This document shows positions 28,810-39,304 of a DNA stretch of 64,000 bases, in pieces (the stretch's first letter is position 1; every line of letters begins with the position of its first letter). Source of the stretch: a virus (taxonomy: Duplodnaviria; Caudoviricetes); IMG/VR virus record IMGVR_UViG_3300037067_021941, positions 1 to 64,000 of that record; one strand, 5' to 3'. The notes beneath the pieces were generated by a model that had not been told where the DNA came from, ran no database searches, and saw only the letters and a program-made list of their open reading frames with translations. The translations under genes were made by a program, and so were the position numbers.

Positions 28810-31800
28810 CTAAGCCACTTGGGTCAAAGTCACTATTAAACCAGGAATTTCTGGCCTGACCGGCCCGGTTCTCGCCGCAACTGACACAATTCGCACATAT
28901 GTATCCGGTGTACACCAATACAATTCTAAATAATCACCAGCAACCAACGGCATCACAAAATTCCAAGCCGGTACCAATGGAGAAGTCACTGCAGTACCAG
29001 TAATTACAATATCTGTGCAAGTCTGTGGTATATCGCTCCCATTTTTTCTAAGCCATATCGAAACTACATCAGTACCGGTCCCAGAAGTTCTGTAATATTG
29101 TGCTGAAAACTGTAAGTTGTATACGCCAGTATTGGCTACTGTTATTTGAGAGCCAGACACAATACTAACACCACTTGAACTATCAGTTGTATTTAACGTC
29201 ATCGCGACTGGGGTATTTATTGCGCCAGCAGTTTGTGTTGTTGTATCATAAAATGAACCATAGTATGGGCCAATGCTAGACGTACCACCAAAAACATATT
29301 TCCATGTCCCAACAATAGTATCATATGCAACCAAGTTAATCCTTATCTGATTGTTACCAAATGTGATATCAGTTGAATCTAACGTTAAATTGTTGCCATC
29401 ATTATCACTAATTGCGAATGGTAATGTTACGTTTCCTTTAGTGTGCGTGATTGTTAAAATCCCAGCAGTCAAGTCGGAATTTGTGAAAGTACCCGAAATA
29501 TAATTTCCGTCTACTCCGGTGGCACCAACTAGCCCGGTGGCACCAACTATTCCGGTTGCACCAACAGGTCCTGAAGCACCACCAGTTTCACCCTGTGGAC
29601 CAGTTGCACCCGTTGGTGCCAATACAGTTAACGTTGTGTCGACATACGAAGCTCTCGAAGTCCCTTGATAAATCATACTAATATTACGTGTCAGGGCTGC
29701 TGTAGTATATCCAAGAGCTCTGACAATTATCCTGTCGGTCGTAAGAATCGCAATATCACTCAAAACAGTGTAATCCATTTCGACAGCTGTAGCAACACCG
29801 GCACTCCTAGCAGCAATCTCTGTTGTTGAATTTGTTATGAATAATTGTGTAGTTGTTCCGTCTAACGCTCGTTTAAGAACTTGATATTTAGCATAACAAA
29901 GAGTGCCACTTGCCCAGAAAGTCCCAACAAATTTCCATAGACCTGCTGTGATTTTCGCTTGACCAGGGATATCTAAATCCGTTATGCAAATTATGAATGG
30001 TATACCATCTGAGTCTTCGTCTGACGCAGCAGTTAGTGTTTGTGTTAATTCGCTACCAGTCGGTGGTGCTGCATTTAACCTACTACCATGTACAGTCAAC
30101 ACAGATGACGATGTTTCATTGGTTAAATTGTTCTCAGTTATACCACATAGAGTTAAAGTGAGTGCTGCTACAGTATGAATTGATACTGTTTTGTTGTTAT
30201 TGACCGTGCCAGTAATATCAGCTATTTGCCATTGTTGCCACCCATCAGAGATAAAACTACCAGATGCACGAGTGATTGTTCTAGTCGCAGCAACATATGT
30301 CAATGTATCGGTTGTAGATGGTGTCGAGAACGATTCGCCACCAGACGCATCAAACCAAAAACGCATCCCTGTAGTCGGGCCTTGAATACCTGTTGCACCA
30401 GTTAAACCCGTAGCACCAGATACGCCGGTGGCACCAGTTAGACCAATACCAGTAGCGCCTGAAGCCCCATCAACACCGGTCGCACCAGAAGCGCCAGACG
30501 CTCCATCAATTCCGGTTGCACCAATTGAACCAGAAGCACCTTGCACACCAGTTGCACCAGAAGCACCAGACGCTCCATCAATTCCGGTTGCACCAGCTAA
30601 ACCAGTCGCACCAGTAGATCCTGTGAAACCTGAGGCTCCTTGCACACCTGTAGCACCCGACGCACCATTAACACCAGATGCACCAATAACAATGGGACCT
30701 GTGGATCCAATTTCACCGGTAGGACCGGTAGATCCGGTCACACCAGTAGCACCAGTAGCTCCTGTCGAACCAGTGGCCCCAGGCAAGCCTACAGGGCCAG
30801 TGGTTCCTGTTGAACCTGTTGAACCTGTTGAACCGGTAATACCTATCGCGCCCGTAGAGCCAGTAAAACCAGTAGCCCCAACAACGCCAGTAGAGCCAGT
30901 AGCGCCAGTCAAGCCAATCAAGCCGGTTGCCCCTTGGCGTCCTCTATATCCAGTTGCACCCGTTGAACCCGTAGCACCAATTAAACCAATAGTGCCTGTT
31001 GCACCAGTTGAACCTGTAGCACCAGATAGACCAATTACACCAGTAGAGCCCATAGGCCCTGTCGCTCCTGTCGCGCCTGTCGAGCCCGTAGAACCAGATA
31101 AGCCGATAGAACCAGTTGAACCAGATAAGCCTGTCGCTCCTGTCGAGCCCGTTGAACCAGTAGCACCAGATAGACCAATTACACCAGTAGAGCCTATAAG
31201 CCCTGTCGCTCCTGTTAAACCTGTTGAACCTGTTGAGCCAGATAAACCAATTAATCCAGTAGCTCCAGCTAATCCTGTAGAACCAGATAAGCCTACTAGC
31301 CCAGTAGCCCCAGTTAAACCTGTGGAGCCAGATAAACCAGTTGCTCCCGTTAAACCAATTGAACCAGATAAACCGGTAGCACCTGTTAAGCCTGTTACCC
31401 CGGATGAACCAGTAGAACCAGTCGCCCCCGTTAAGCCTGTTACACCAGGTAAACCAATAACGCCTGTTGCCCCTGTTGAACCAATATGTCCTGTTGCACC
31501 TGCAGATCCAGTTAAACCAGTCGCTCCTGTAGCACCGGTCGAGCCAGTAGCTCCAACTAATCCCGTTGCACCTGCTAAACCGGTAGAGCCAGATATGCCT
31601 GTTGCACCTGCAGACCCAGTTAAACCAGTCGCTCCTGTAGAACCGGTCGAGCCAGTAGCTCCAACTAATCCTGTTGCACCTGTTAAGCCGACAGAACCAG
31701 ATATACCTGTTGCACCCGTAGCACCGCTTGAACCTGTAGCACCAGTAAATCCAACCACACCAGTAGAGCCAGTCAACCCAGTAGCACCGGTGGCACCAGT

Positions 31801-32685
31801 AGAACCTGTAGCACCAGTTAAACCAATCAAACCAGTAGAACCTTGACGCCCTCTATATCCAGTGGCACCGACTGGTCCTGTTGCACCTGTTGAACCAACA
31901 ATTCCTGTTGCACCTGTCGCACCTTCTATGCCGGTTTGTCCGATAGGACCGGTAGTACCAGTATGGCCAGTAGCACCAGTTACACCCGTTGCACCAGATA
32001 AACCAACTAATCCGGTTGATCCTGTTAAACCAACAATACCAGAAGCGCCGGAAGCACCAGTTGCACCAGAAATGCCAGTGAGGCCAGTTGCACCAGAAAT
32101 GCCTATTACGCCTGTCGCACCAATTTGACCAGTAGCTCCAATATTACCGGTAACACCACTAGCCCCGGTGCTACCAGCATATCCTATAACACCAGTACTA
32201 CCTCCAACACCTGTCGCGCCAATTTGGCCAGTAGCACCATCTATACCAGTAGAGCCTTTAAAACCCGTTGCACCAGTAGAACCAGTAATACCAATTAACC
32301 CAGTCGCACCAGAAGCACCAGTAATGCCAGAAACACCCGAAACCCCAGTACTGCCTGTAGCACCAGTAGCTCCTGCAGCACCAGATAAACCGACAACCCC
32401 TGTAGCACCAGTTGGGCCAATCGAACCGGTCGCTCCATCAGATCCCGTTGCGCCTGATGCGCCCATGATACCAGTTGCACCAGATGCACCATAAATGCCG
32501 GAAGCGCCAACAATAATATTGTTGATCTGCTCTTGTAATGGTGCAGTTGCACCAGCTAAACACGAAAGTTCTTGCGGACTTATTCCATCAATATTATGAT
32601 TGTTTAAATCCAGTGAAGCATTTAACTTTGGGGCAGGATCAAGCGCCAAGCGTGGTACTAAATTGGCGGACAAATTATCTGCCAT
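28810..32685 (-). CDS. Giant collagen-like fibre protein (1291 aa) with C-terminal C1q/BclA-like domain
   Basis: About 700 aa GAT/GST repeats; C-terminal YGSFYD...[16 protein letters not shown]...[11 protein letters not shown]. Confidence 0.8.
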   Translation of the reverse strand: MADNLSANLVPRLALDPAPKLNASLDLNNHNIDGISPQELSCLAGATAPLQEQINNIIVGASGIYGASGATGIMGASGATGSDGATGSIGPTGATGVVGLSGAAGATGATGSTGVSGVSGITGASGATGLIGITGSTGATGFKGSTGIDGATGQIGATGVGGSTGVIGYAGSTGASGVTGNIGATGQIGATGVIGISGATGLTGISGATGASGASGIVGLTGSTGLVGLSGATGVTGATGHTGTTGPIGQTGIEGATGATGIVGSTGATGPVGATGYRGRQGSTGLIGLTGATGSTGATGATGLTGSTGVVGFTGATGSSGATGATGISGSVGLTGATGLVGATGSTGSTGATGLTGSAGATGISGSTGLAGATGLVGATGSTGATGATGLTGSAGATGHIGSTGATGVIGLPGVTGLTGATGSTGSSGVTGLTGATGLSGSIGLTGATGLSGSTGLTGATGLVGLSGSTGLAGATGLIGLSGSTGSTGLTGATGLIGSTGVIGLSGATGSTGSTGATGLSGSTGSIGLSGSTGSTGATGATGPMGSTGVIGLSGATGSTGATGTIGLIGATGSTGATGYRGRQGATGLIGLTGATGSTGVVGATGFTGSTGAIGITGSTGSTGSTGTTGPVGLPGATGSTGATGATGVTGSTGPTGEIGSTGPIVIGASGVNGASGATGVQGASGFTGSTGATGLAGATGIDGASGASGATGVQGASGSIGATGIDGASGASGATGVDGASGATGIGLTGATGVSGATGLTGATGIQGPTTGMRFWFDASGGESFSTPSTTDTLTYVAATRTITRASGSFISDGWQQWQIADITGTVNNNKTVSIHTVAALTLTLCGITENNLTNETSSSVLTVHGSRLNAAPPTGSELTQTLTAASDEDSDGIPFIICITDLDIPGQAKITAGLWKFVGTFWASGTLCYAKYQVLKRALDGTTTQLFITNSTTEIAARSAGVATAVEMDYTVLSDIAILTTDRIIVRALGYTTAALTRNISMIYQGTSRASYVDTTLTVLAPTGATGPQGETGGASGPVGATGIVGATGLVGATGVDGNYISGTFTNSDLTAGILTITHTKGNVTLPFAISDNDGNNLTLDSTDITFGNNQIRINLVAYDTIVGTWKYVFGGTSSIGPYYGSFYDTTTQTAGAINTPVAMTLNTTDSSSGVSIVSGSQITVANTGVYNLQFSAQYYRTSGTGTDVVSIWLRKNGSDIPQTCTDIVITGTAVTSPLVPAWNFVMPLVAGDYLELYWCTPDTYVRIVSVAARTGPVRPEIPGLIVTLTQVA

Positions 32686-32724
32686 GATCGTGTTTCATTA
32701 ATAGGATACAGTTGCACAAAACAA

Positions 32725-32732
32725 TATTTAAA
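32725..32732 (-). promoter_or_regulatory. Candidate late promoter TTTAAATA
   Basis: 40 nt upstream of the first fibre gene. Confidence 0.35.
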
Positions 32733-32814
32733 GTTTGTCTGCGGACCATTATGTCGCGGGGATAATCTATAGATATGAATATCTATAACAACTGGCTAGA
32801 ATAGCCTGAAAGAA

Positions 32815-34452
32815 TTATTCTGCTTCTGATTGCAGCTTTTGCCAATCTTTTTTAGTCCAAAGAGGTTCTATAACAGTCCCCCTCTGTAAAACAAAACTAT
32901 TACGATCTTTATCGTAATCAACTCTTAATCTAACACCCTTGTCGGCCACTAATAATCTCTTATTCTGATTTCTAATGTCTTGCTCCCACATTAACACCAA
33001 ACAGGTCTTACGCCCGTCAGATATTATCATTCGAAGCATTGCAGAACCTCTTTTAGTCCTACCTTCTACTACGCTTACTATTACTCCCTCTAAACAATCA
33101 TTAACCTTAGACTTTTCAACGGTGTGATCGCCAGTGATACGATATAAATCGATAGGAGAATGCCAATGATAACCTAAAAATTGTTTTTCAAATCTAAGAA
33201 CCTGATCGAATGAATAATCTTCTGAGTATAAAGATGCAATATCTGTATGCGTAGCTTTAATGATTGGTCTATAATTCAGTATCTTCGCAGGTATTACTTT
33301 TCTCTTCGGATATGTCTGTTTGAATACCGCGATCTGACGCTCCCTTTCTGCTGCAATTGTTTCTTCTGTCCAATTAGCTTTTGCCATAAGACAACGCATA
33401 TGATAATTCTTCAATATCTTAATTGGGTAGCTGAAACTCTTTAATTTCGACTTCTTGTTAAGCTGTTGTTTTTTTGATTCTGCTATCTCTGCCTTAGCTT
33501 GTTCATCGACGTCTTTAAATTCAAAATCTTCGACAGTACCAGAGCCATGCTCATGGAGGTACCACATCCATGTAGCTCTTTTGTTTGGGTGTAACTTAGA
33601 AAACGCACCCAATTTTATTAGTCGCTCAAAAAGAATCTTACTCTTGCCTTTTTTCTCAATAAAATCGTCAATATCTGTATAAATATTATTACCGACTTTA
33701 TCAACAAATGCTATCGCCGCCTTATCACCAATTTTCTTTAGACTTGTTAAACCAAGTGCTATATGTTTATTTGATACGTTGAGACCAGAGTGTGCAGTTG
33801 GATGCAATGTAAGCTTTGCTATGTCAATTTCACCAAATTTGACGTCTTCACCACGTGCGGCAGACATATATCGTTCAAGAGCCTGTTGGTCACATGTCCC
33901 CATTACGCTCGCCCACCATTCTTCGGCGAAATGTGCTTTAAGCCAAAGACAACGATATGCCCATAAGCAATAGCAGATAGCATGACTTAAATTAAAAGCG
34001 TATCGACCGAATGTCTCCATCTTATCCCAATATTCACGTGCTTTCGACTCGCCAATCTTCTTACTTGCACCAGTCAGCCAATGTTCTCTAACTGGCTTTA
34101 ATTTCTCTTTCCATTTCTTTGCAACTGCTTTTCTTGCATCTTGCGATTCTGGACCAGTAAACCCCGCAATGCATTGCCATATGGATGTAAGTTGCTCTTG
34201 AAACACAATTACACCGCTTGTTATGCTTAAGATTTTGACAATATCTGGGTGTTCACCTTGTGCCCATCTATTGCTGGTGTCATCGCGATTTTTGACATAA
34301 TCTGGGATAGAATTGTGAACCAAAACACTATTGGCAAAGAAATTACCCTCATTCTGCCAACATTGCTCAAAGTTGCCAATATCATAAACATCTTCTTCGT
34401 CGCACTCTTCGATGCTTATGATTTCAGCTAATTCTAAACCATCTGTGCCCAT
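32815..34452 (-). CDS. dnaE: DNA Pol III alpha fragment 4: split-intein IntC (34312-34452) + C-terminal extein
   Basis: VYDIG...NFFANSVLVHN/S; then GVIVFQEQ, FGRYAFNLSHA..Y, LGLTSLKKIG, EKQFLG, OB fold. Confidence 0.93.
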   Translation of the reverse strand: MGTDGLELAEIISIEECDEEDVYDIGNFEQCWQNEGNFFANSVLVHNSIPDYVKNRDDTSNRWAQGEHPDIVKILSITSGVIVFQEQLTSIWQCIAGFTGPESQDARKAVAKKWKEKLKPVREHWLTGASKKIGESKAREYWDKMETFGRYAFNLSHAICYCLWAYRCLWLKAHFAEEWWASVMGTCDQQALERYMSAARGEDVKFGEIDIAKLTLHPTAHSGLNVSNKHIALGLTSLKKIGDKAAIAFVDKVGNNIYTDIDDFIEKKGKSKILFERLIKLGAFSKLHPNKRATWMWYLHEHGSGTVEDFEFKDVDEQAKAEIAESKKQQLNKKSKLKSFSYPIKILKNYHMRCLMAKANWTEETIAAERERQIAVFKQTYPKRKVIPAKILNYRPIIKATHTDIASLYSEDYSFDQVLRFEKQFLGYHWHSPIDLYRITGDHTVEKSKVNDCLEGVIVSVVEGRTKRGSAMLRMIISDGRKTCLVLMWEQDIRNQNKRLLVADKGVRLRVDYDKDRNSFVLQRGTVIEPLWTKKDWQKLQSEAE

Positions 34453-35591
34453 AGTCCACCAATGAAATTATTAGAACTTTCAACTATATTAACAAGCCGC
34501 TGGTCGTTGATGCTTTTATTACAATACAGCTCTTTTTCCGTGATTAGCTTGTATGATGAATTATGGCAAGCGGCATACTCAACACCAGCCTTAATTTTCG
34601 CAATTTCTCGTTTTTCGTCATATATCTGCGGATTGCTGGCCTTAATTTCGACCATCCTACACCCATCAATAAGGAAATCGCAAAAATACCGATGACCTTG
34701 CCATGGTATTATAGGACGATTTCTTAATAATGAAATTGGCTTAAATCGCTCACACCAAACAATAAAATCAAGTTCATATGAAGAATCGTACGGATAACAT
34801 TGGCCAAAATATTCACTGAAATATTTATGTTTAATAGTGAAGTTCGGATGATTCTCTAGCCAACGCCTCCAGCACTCTTTGGAACAGAATTTACGAGACC
34901 ATTTACTGCAAACAGATAAAAATGGTGCTCCACATGACTTGCATTTAGTTTGCTGAACACGCGCAGCCAATGCTGGATCAATTACGTAATTCGGATGAAC
35001 AAGACGTTTGCGATAAGAAAGCCAACATGATGATGAACAAAAAATTAAACCAGATGCATATCTACGACTAGCGGTTTGAATAAATTGTTCGCCGCATTCT
35101 CCACAACATACCAATTCAGGATCTTTAGCGAATGGATATGTGTGTTGAAACCATTGAATGTCGAGAGAATGTTGTTGTCTAATTTCGTTTTGTTTGGCGT
35201 TACCGGCAGCAACGAACACCGCTAACATATTACGTCGATCTTCTACTGAAGCCGATTTAACCTTTTTAACCCAGGATTGACGAGCGTCCGATAGTTGTTT
35301 GCAGTCAGCCTTGAATCGTCCCGCAGACCACATTGATTTATTTTGGTCAGCACGACGTATACGTTCAAAAGTAGTATTCATCCTCTCGCGCGTTTTGTCT
35401 GCATAAGACCGTATCGACTCATTAGTCTGTTCAGTCAATCCTTTATTCCATGGTGGAGGAGTTGCAATATTCAACTGAAATTCACGTGCTATACGATAAA
35501 TATATGCAACATGAACACACAGTTTTTGGCTTATACTCTTCGCGTATTCACCGTTATTGACCAGCCGGATTATTTCCTGTTTTTTCGACAT
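34434..35591 (-). CDS. Free-standing homing endonuclease-like protein (zinc ribbons + TnsA-like PD-(D/E)xK)
   Basis: CGECG/FCSSSC and CKSCG/FCSKEC; YDSSYE...YFCDF...VEIKA...ITE; out of frame between intein halves. Confidence 0.75.
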   Translation of the reverse strand: MSKKQEIIRLVNNGEYAKSISQKLCVHVAYIYRIAREFQLNIATPPPWNKGLTEQTNESIRSYADKTRERMNTTFERIRRADQNKSMWSAGRFKADCKQLSDARQSWVKKVKSASVEDRRNMLAVFVAAGNAKQNEIRQQHSLDIQWFQHTYPFAKDPELVCCGECGEQFIQTASRRYASGLIFCSSSCWLSYRKRLVHPNYVIDPALAARVQQTKCKSCGAPFLSVCSKWSRKFCSKECWRRWLENHPNFTIKHKYFSEYFGQCYPYDSSYELDFIVWCERFKPISLLRNRPIIPWQGHRYFCDFLIDGCRMVEIKASNPQIYDEKREIAKIKAGVEYAACHNSSYKLITEKELYCNKSINDQRLVNIVESSNNFIGGLWAQMV

Positions 35592-37164
35592 ACAATTTAT
35601 CTTTGATTGACAATTGCCCGACTGGTTTAATGCCGAAATCACCAAACATCCAATGGTTGGCGGAAGCTTTAATCGTCGCACCATTACTTAAACGAATACG
35701 ATATACTTTTTTGCGTCCTGTCTTGAAAACCCTATAATTGTCAGTGAGATCCGAATTACCTTTCGAATTAACATATTTTATCTTGTGTACATTATGATCT
35801 ACCTGATCAATCCTAATGTTGCCTATATTAGTGCTAACTAATGTATCGGCAGCTAAACACTGCATCGGACCAGGATGCCCCATAGCATTAAAAATCAATA
35901 AGTCTCGAAAGCTATGCACGCCAGCGGATAATGTTCGTTTAGCAAGCTCAGTATCAAATTGGAAAATACTGTCAGTCTGTGAATCGTTAGCTAATTTTAA
36001 AGCCGCTGGGTCTTCTAGTGGTATTGTCTTCTTCTCACCATTCTCCCAATAATATCCAGCAACGTTATTAATCTGATCAGAATCGTCCCATCCTTGCAGT
36101 TGGTCACCAAATGATATGCCATGATTCTCCCTGATCATCTCACACGCTGTCTTTATATATGATAGGTTCTTCAACCCAAGTATATCCCATTTGACATAGC
36201 CAAATTTCGATAATTGTGTATTGCGGCCCTCCGTCCATATGCTTACCCATTGATCGGTCTTTTTGTCATATTGCATCGGTACATTACCGAATAAATCCCG
36301 ATCCGCAATAATAAGACCACCAGCATGTTTTCCTGCGTGCTTAATGCGACCAACTAGACGTATCGCAGTATCGATTACCTGCTGATGTGCCTCCTTATTC
36401 TCTGCTACAAATTGCCCAATCTCCGGATGGTCTCTCATTATCATAGCGATAGTTGGTGTGTCAGTATCACCGCTATGACATTGTGGACATTCTAGACCTT
36501 TGTGTTTGAAACCACATTCTTTGTCGACACCATCCTCTTTTACACGACCTTTACAAGCACCATATCCACCTTCGCGCATTTCATTAACTTCATCTGGCAA
36601 GATTTTTGTTAATTCAATCGCTCTATTTTTAGTGCCTTGATCTCGATCTATCTTTTCAAGCCCAAGTCCAGAATAGGCATCTGCGATAGCTTGCTTTAAA
36701 AGATAAGCCTGCCAAGTACCAACACTTGCCACATTACGTTTCCCATATCGCTTAGCGACATAATCTTTAATCTGGTTCCTAGCTTCTGGTAAACAATCAA
36801 TGTCTATATCTGGTTTATCGTCGTCTTGACGAATATCAGATGGTAGTTTACCAGTCTTTTTTAAGACAGCTTGAACATCGTCATACCTCGCACTAAGCAT
36901 CAATGGACCATTTCTATGTGCGATTGGATCGATATTTGCATCACCAGTGAAACGATTAAGTAGCCATGGTAGTAGAAGTTGATTTGGATTTTTATCAAAC
37001 TCTTTACCAGATTCTATCAGATCTTCCCAATACCTTTGGGCTCCTTGCATGCGAATCTGATCTAATTCAAAATCTAGTCGCTTGGTATAAATCTCTGGTA
37101 AGCTCAATCGCTGTATCTTTTTATGGGCGATTTGTGCAATTTTCTCAAATTCAAATTTACCCAT
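35554..37164 (-). CDS. dnaE: DNA Pol III alpha fragment 3 (catalytic palm) + split-intein IntN (35554-35859)
   Basis: PDIDID, GKHAGG, KWDILGLKNL, IFQF, HPGPMQ/CLAADTLV...ASANH. Confidence 0.93.
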   Translation of the reverse strand: MGKFEFEKIAQIAHKKIQRLSLPEIYTKRLDFELDQIRMQGAQRYWEDLIESGKEFDKNPNQLLLPWLLNRFTGDANIDPIAHRNGPLMLSARYDDVQAVLKKTGKLPSDIRQDDDKPDIDIDCLPEARNQIKDYVAKRYGKRNVASVGTWQAYLLKQAIADAYSGLGLEKIDRDQGTKNRAIELTKILPDEVNEMREGGYGACKGRVKEDGVDKECGFKHKGLECPQCHSGDTDTPTIAMIMRDHPEIGQFVAENKEAHQQVIDTAIRLVGRIKHAGKHAGGLIIADRDLFGNVPMQYDKKTDQWVSIWTEGRNTQLSKFGYVKWDILGLKNLSYIKTACEMIRENHGISFGDQLQGWDDSDQINNVAGYYWENGEKKTIPLEDPAALKLANDSQTDSIFQFDTELAKRTLSAGVHSFRDLLIFNAMGHPGPMQCLAADTLVSTNIGNIRIDQVDHNVHKIKYVNSKGNSDLTDNYRVFKTGRKKVYRIRLSNGATIKASANHWMFGDFGIKPVGQLSIKDKLYVEKTGNNPAGQ

Positions 37165-37170
37165 GATATC

Positions 37171-37644
37171 TTATAATAATGTAGTAATTGTATTGCTGTC
37201 GCTATTGATACCAGTCTCTACTGTTGTTTTAGCTATATCAAAAGCTTGTTGCAATTGTTCTTTTGTTCCAATTAATACTATCAAATTTTCAAATAAATCA
37301 GCTTTCTCACGAAAACGACGTATCAACTCGATATTTTTCTTAGGCACCAACTTGAATTCGCCGTCTACACGTTCCATAAACTGCGCAACGTACTTAGTTG
37401 TAACTAATTCGACTGGTGCTTTGCGTAGTCGCAATACAGGAGTTGCTTTAATGCTCATCAAACCCAATATAGCAGCTTTCAGATCACATTGAGGTCCTGT
37501 ACTGCTACCAACAAGCTCACTGATAACTCTTATGGCCTTACGATCATGATCGTCAACATAATGCAATCCGGCAGCACAAGCACCGCGTTGTGTCGGTTTA
37601 CCGTTATCAATGCTATAACCGCAAGCATATATTGAAATCTTCAT
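37171..37644 (-). CDS. RNase HI-fold protein, catalytic acids apparently lost
   Basis: IYACG...STGPQCDLKAAILGL...VTTKYV...KNIEL aligns with RNase HI IxTDG...TNNRxEL...TDSQYV...KNxDL. Confidence 0.6.
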   Translation of the reverse strand: MKISIYACGYSIDNGKPTQRGACAAGLHYVDDHDRKAIRVISELVGSSTGPQCDLKAAILGLMSIKATPVLRLRKAPVELVTTKYVAQFMERVDGEFKLVPKKNIELIRRFREKADLFENLIVLIGTKEQLQQAFDIAKTTVETGINSDSNTITTLL

Positions 37645-38099
37645 TGTTCTCCTCTAAGTTTTTTACCGTCAGCATCAGTGAGTTGTGGATATTCAGCGCC
37701 AGTAATCTCTTTGAGTTGAGCAATCGCCATGCCAAGTACATTAAAAAATACAGTGCAACGCTCAGATGTGTTTATTGATTCAGTAACCTTCATACAATCA
37801 ATAATGCTTTTCATACTAGCGTTGGCCTTAATGCGAAGTTCAATTGCATTGTATGTATTTGTTAACTCTTTCAGTCTATCTAATATTCCTAGTATCGCAG
37901 CTTCAAGAGAAATAGCAGCAAGCGTATAGAGCGTTTTAGCTTGATCGGTATCACCAGGCGGAAGACATCCAATGAATTCAATCAATCTCATATTCATCTG
38001 CCCTAACAACGGGCATGGTTCGCCCACTAAGAGTAAATAATCGCTCATAGCGGCATGTAACGATTTTAATGACGATTGAAAAATATCTTTAGCCATCAA
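37641..38099 (-). CDS. Hypothetical helical protein
   Basis: 152 aa, overlaps both neighbours. Confidence 0.6.
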   Translation of the reverse strand: MMAKDIFQSSLKSLHAAMSDYLLLVGEPCPLLGQMNMRLIEFIGCLPPGDTDQAKTLYTLAAISLEAAILGILDRLKELTNTYNAIELRIKANASMKSIIDCMKVTESINTSERCTVFFNVLGMAIAQLKEITGAEYPQLTDADGKKLRGEQ

Positions 38100-38406
38100 T
38101 TTTAGTCCTTAAAAGATAACCACCACGCGAACTAGCTAAGAAACGATCAAAACTCAACTTCCATTTAAGACTATTGATATTATGAATGCCAAGCAAATAA
38201 CACACAAGTGAGCCAGCAGCCGAATTGGAGCTGAAAACGCCATTTAACCTGTAAGTGTTGGTATTACTTACTTGCAAATCAAACACCTTACCTGTGTAAT
38301 GACGCCTCGATATGCTTTTTATTTTTAGCCTCTCTACGGAACCTGCTGATACCAATGCTTGCAATTCGCTGATGTTTCGGATCTGTGAAGGCAATAATTG
38401 TTGCAT
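38089..38406 (-). CDS. dnaE: DNA Pol III alpha fragment 2: split-intein IntC (38224-38406) + 44-aa extein
   Basis: KIKSI...VFDLQV...YRLNGVFSSN/SAAGSLVCYLLGI...SFDRFL..R; start uncertain (38406 or 38442). Confidence 0.88.
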   Translation of the reverse strand: MQQLLPSQIRNISELQALVSAGSVERLKIKSISRRHYTGKVFDLQVSNTNTYRLNGVFSSNSAAGSLVCYLLGIHNINSLKWKLSFDRFLASSRGGYLLRTKIDG

Positions 38407-39304
38407 TGTTAATCTCTCCGATTTGTTTCCACATATGTCCACCGCCCAACCTACGTAGAATACATTCAGTTAGTAGTCTTTCAGTGTCGTATAGTATATA
38501 CGAGTCTGCAATGCCTGTTTCAGCGATATAACTATTTGCCGCTGTTTGTTTTTCAGCAACATTACTCTTATAGAAACCTTTCACTTCGATTATCGTCCGC
38601 TCACCATTTCTATCAACTACGAAGAAGTCTGGATGATAGAAATGATTACCATATGCAATTGCAAAATTACACCTTCTAATTTTGCTATATTTATTTCTTA
38701 CACCCCATAGAAATATCAGTTCGTATGCACTATCAAACCTTATCTTATGCCCGTTAATCAGAACCGTACCTTCGACAGATCGACTTCTTCTACGGTGTTT
38801 ATTAGCATATTCCGGATCGATCTGCATTGTTTTATTATGCAGATCGAACGCTCTCAAGCACTGTATTCTATAATCTTTATTCTGCCATAGTAATCTACTA
38901 TTATTTCTATTTAATTCTAATTTCGCAGGCTCATTTTGTATCAAATTATCGAGACATTTTAAACAGATATTGTCATATTGGTAATGCTTTCTATCTGCGA
39001 GTTTAGACCATCGTATGCGGTACTCACAACCACATTCATGACATTCAAATCTAACTAATATCTTTGAAGATACTCCCATCAGATATTTTATTGCTATTTT
39101 GTAGTCTATACAACCACTGAATATCTGATAATGAAATTCTTCCGGAACAGCCTTAAACACAGCGCTAGATTTTGCTAATTTAAGTAAACATTTTCGGCAT
39201 ATATGCTCGTTTTTATATGTCTCTCTATATCTTAAATTATGGGTTGTCGTTGCACAATTCACACCACATTTTTCACAATTATAAGTAATCCTGACATATT
39301 TCAT
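38288..39304 (-). CDS. Free-standing homing endonuclease-like protein (zinc ribbons + TnsA-like PD-(D/E)xK)
   Basis: CEKCG/CRKC, CHECG/CLKC; FDSAYE...YHPDF...IIEVKG; start uncertain. Confidence 0.75.
   Translation of the reverse strand: MKYVRITYNCEKCGVNCATTTHNLRYRETYKNEHICRKCLLKLAKSSAVFKAVPEEFHYQIFSGCIDYKIAIKYLMGVSSKILVRFECHECGCEYRIRWSKLADRKHYQYDNICLKCLDNLIQNEPAKLELNRNNSRLLWQNKDYRIQCLRAFDLHNKTMQIDPEYANKHRRRSRSVEGTVLINGHKIRFDSAYELIFLWGVRNKYSKIRRCNFAIAYGNHFYHPDFFVVDRNGERTIIEVKGFYKSNVAEKQTAANSYIAETGIADSYILYDTERLLTECILRRLGGGHMWKQIGEINNATIIAFTDPKHQRIASIGISRFRREAKNKKHIEASLHR

Noticed and set aside
30428-32494. Plus-strand PVAPV-repeat ORFs (also 25005-26365 and 45160-45696)
   Set aside because: Antisense shadows of Gly-X-Y codons.
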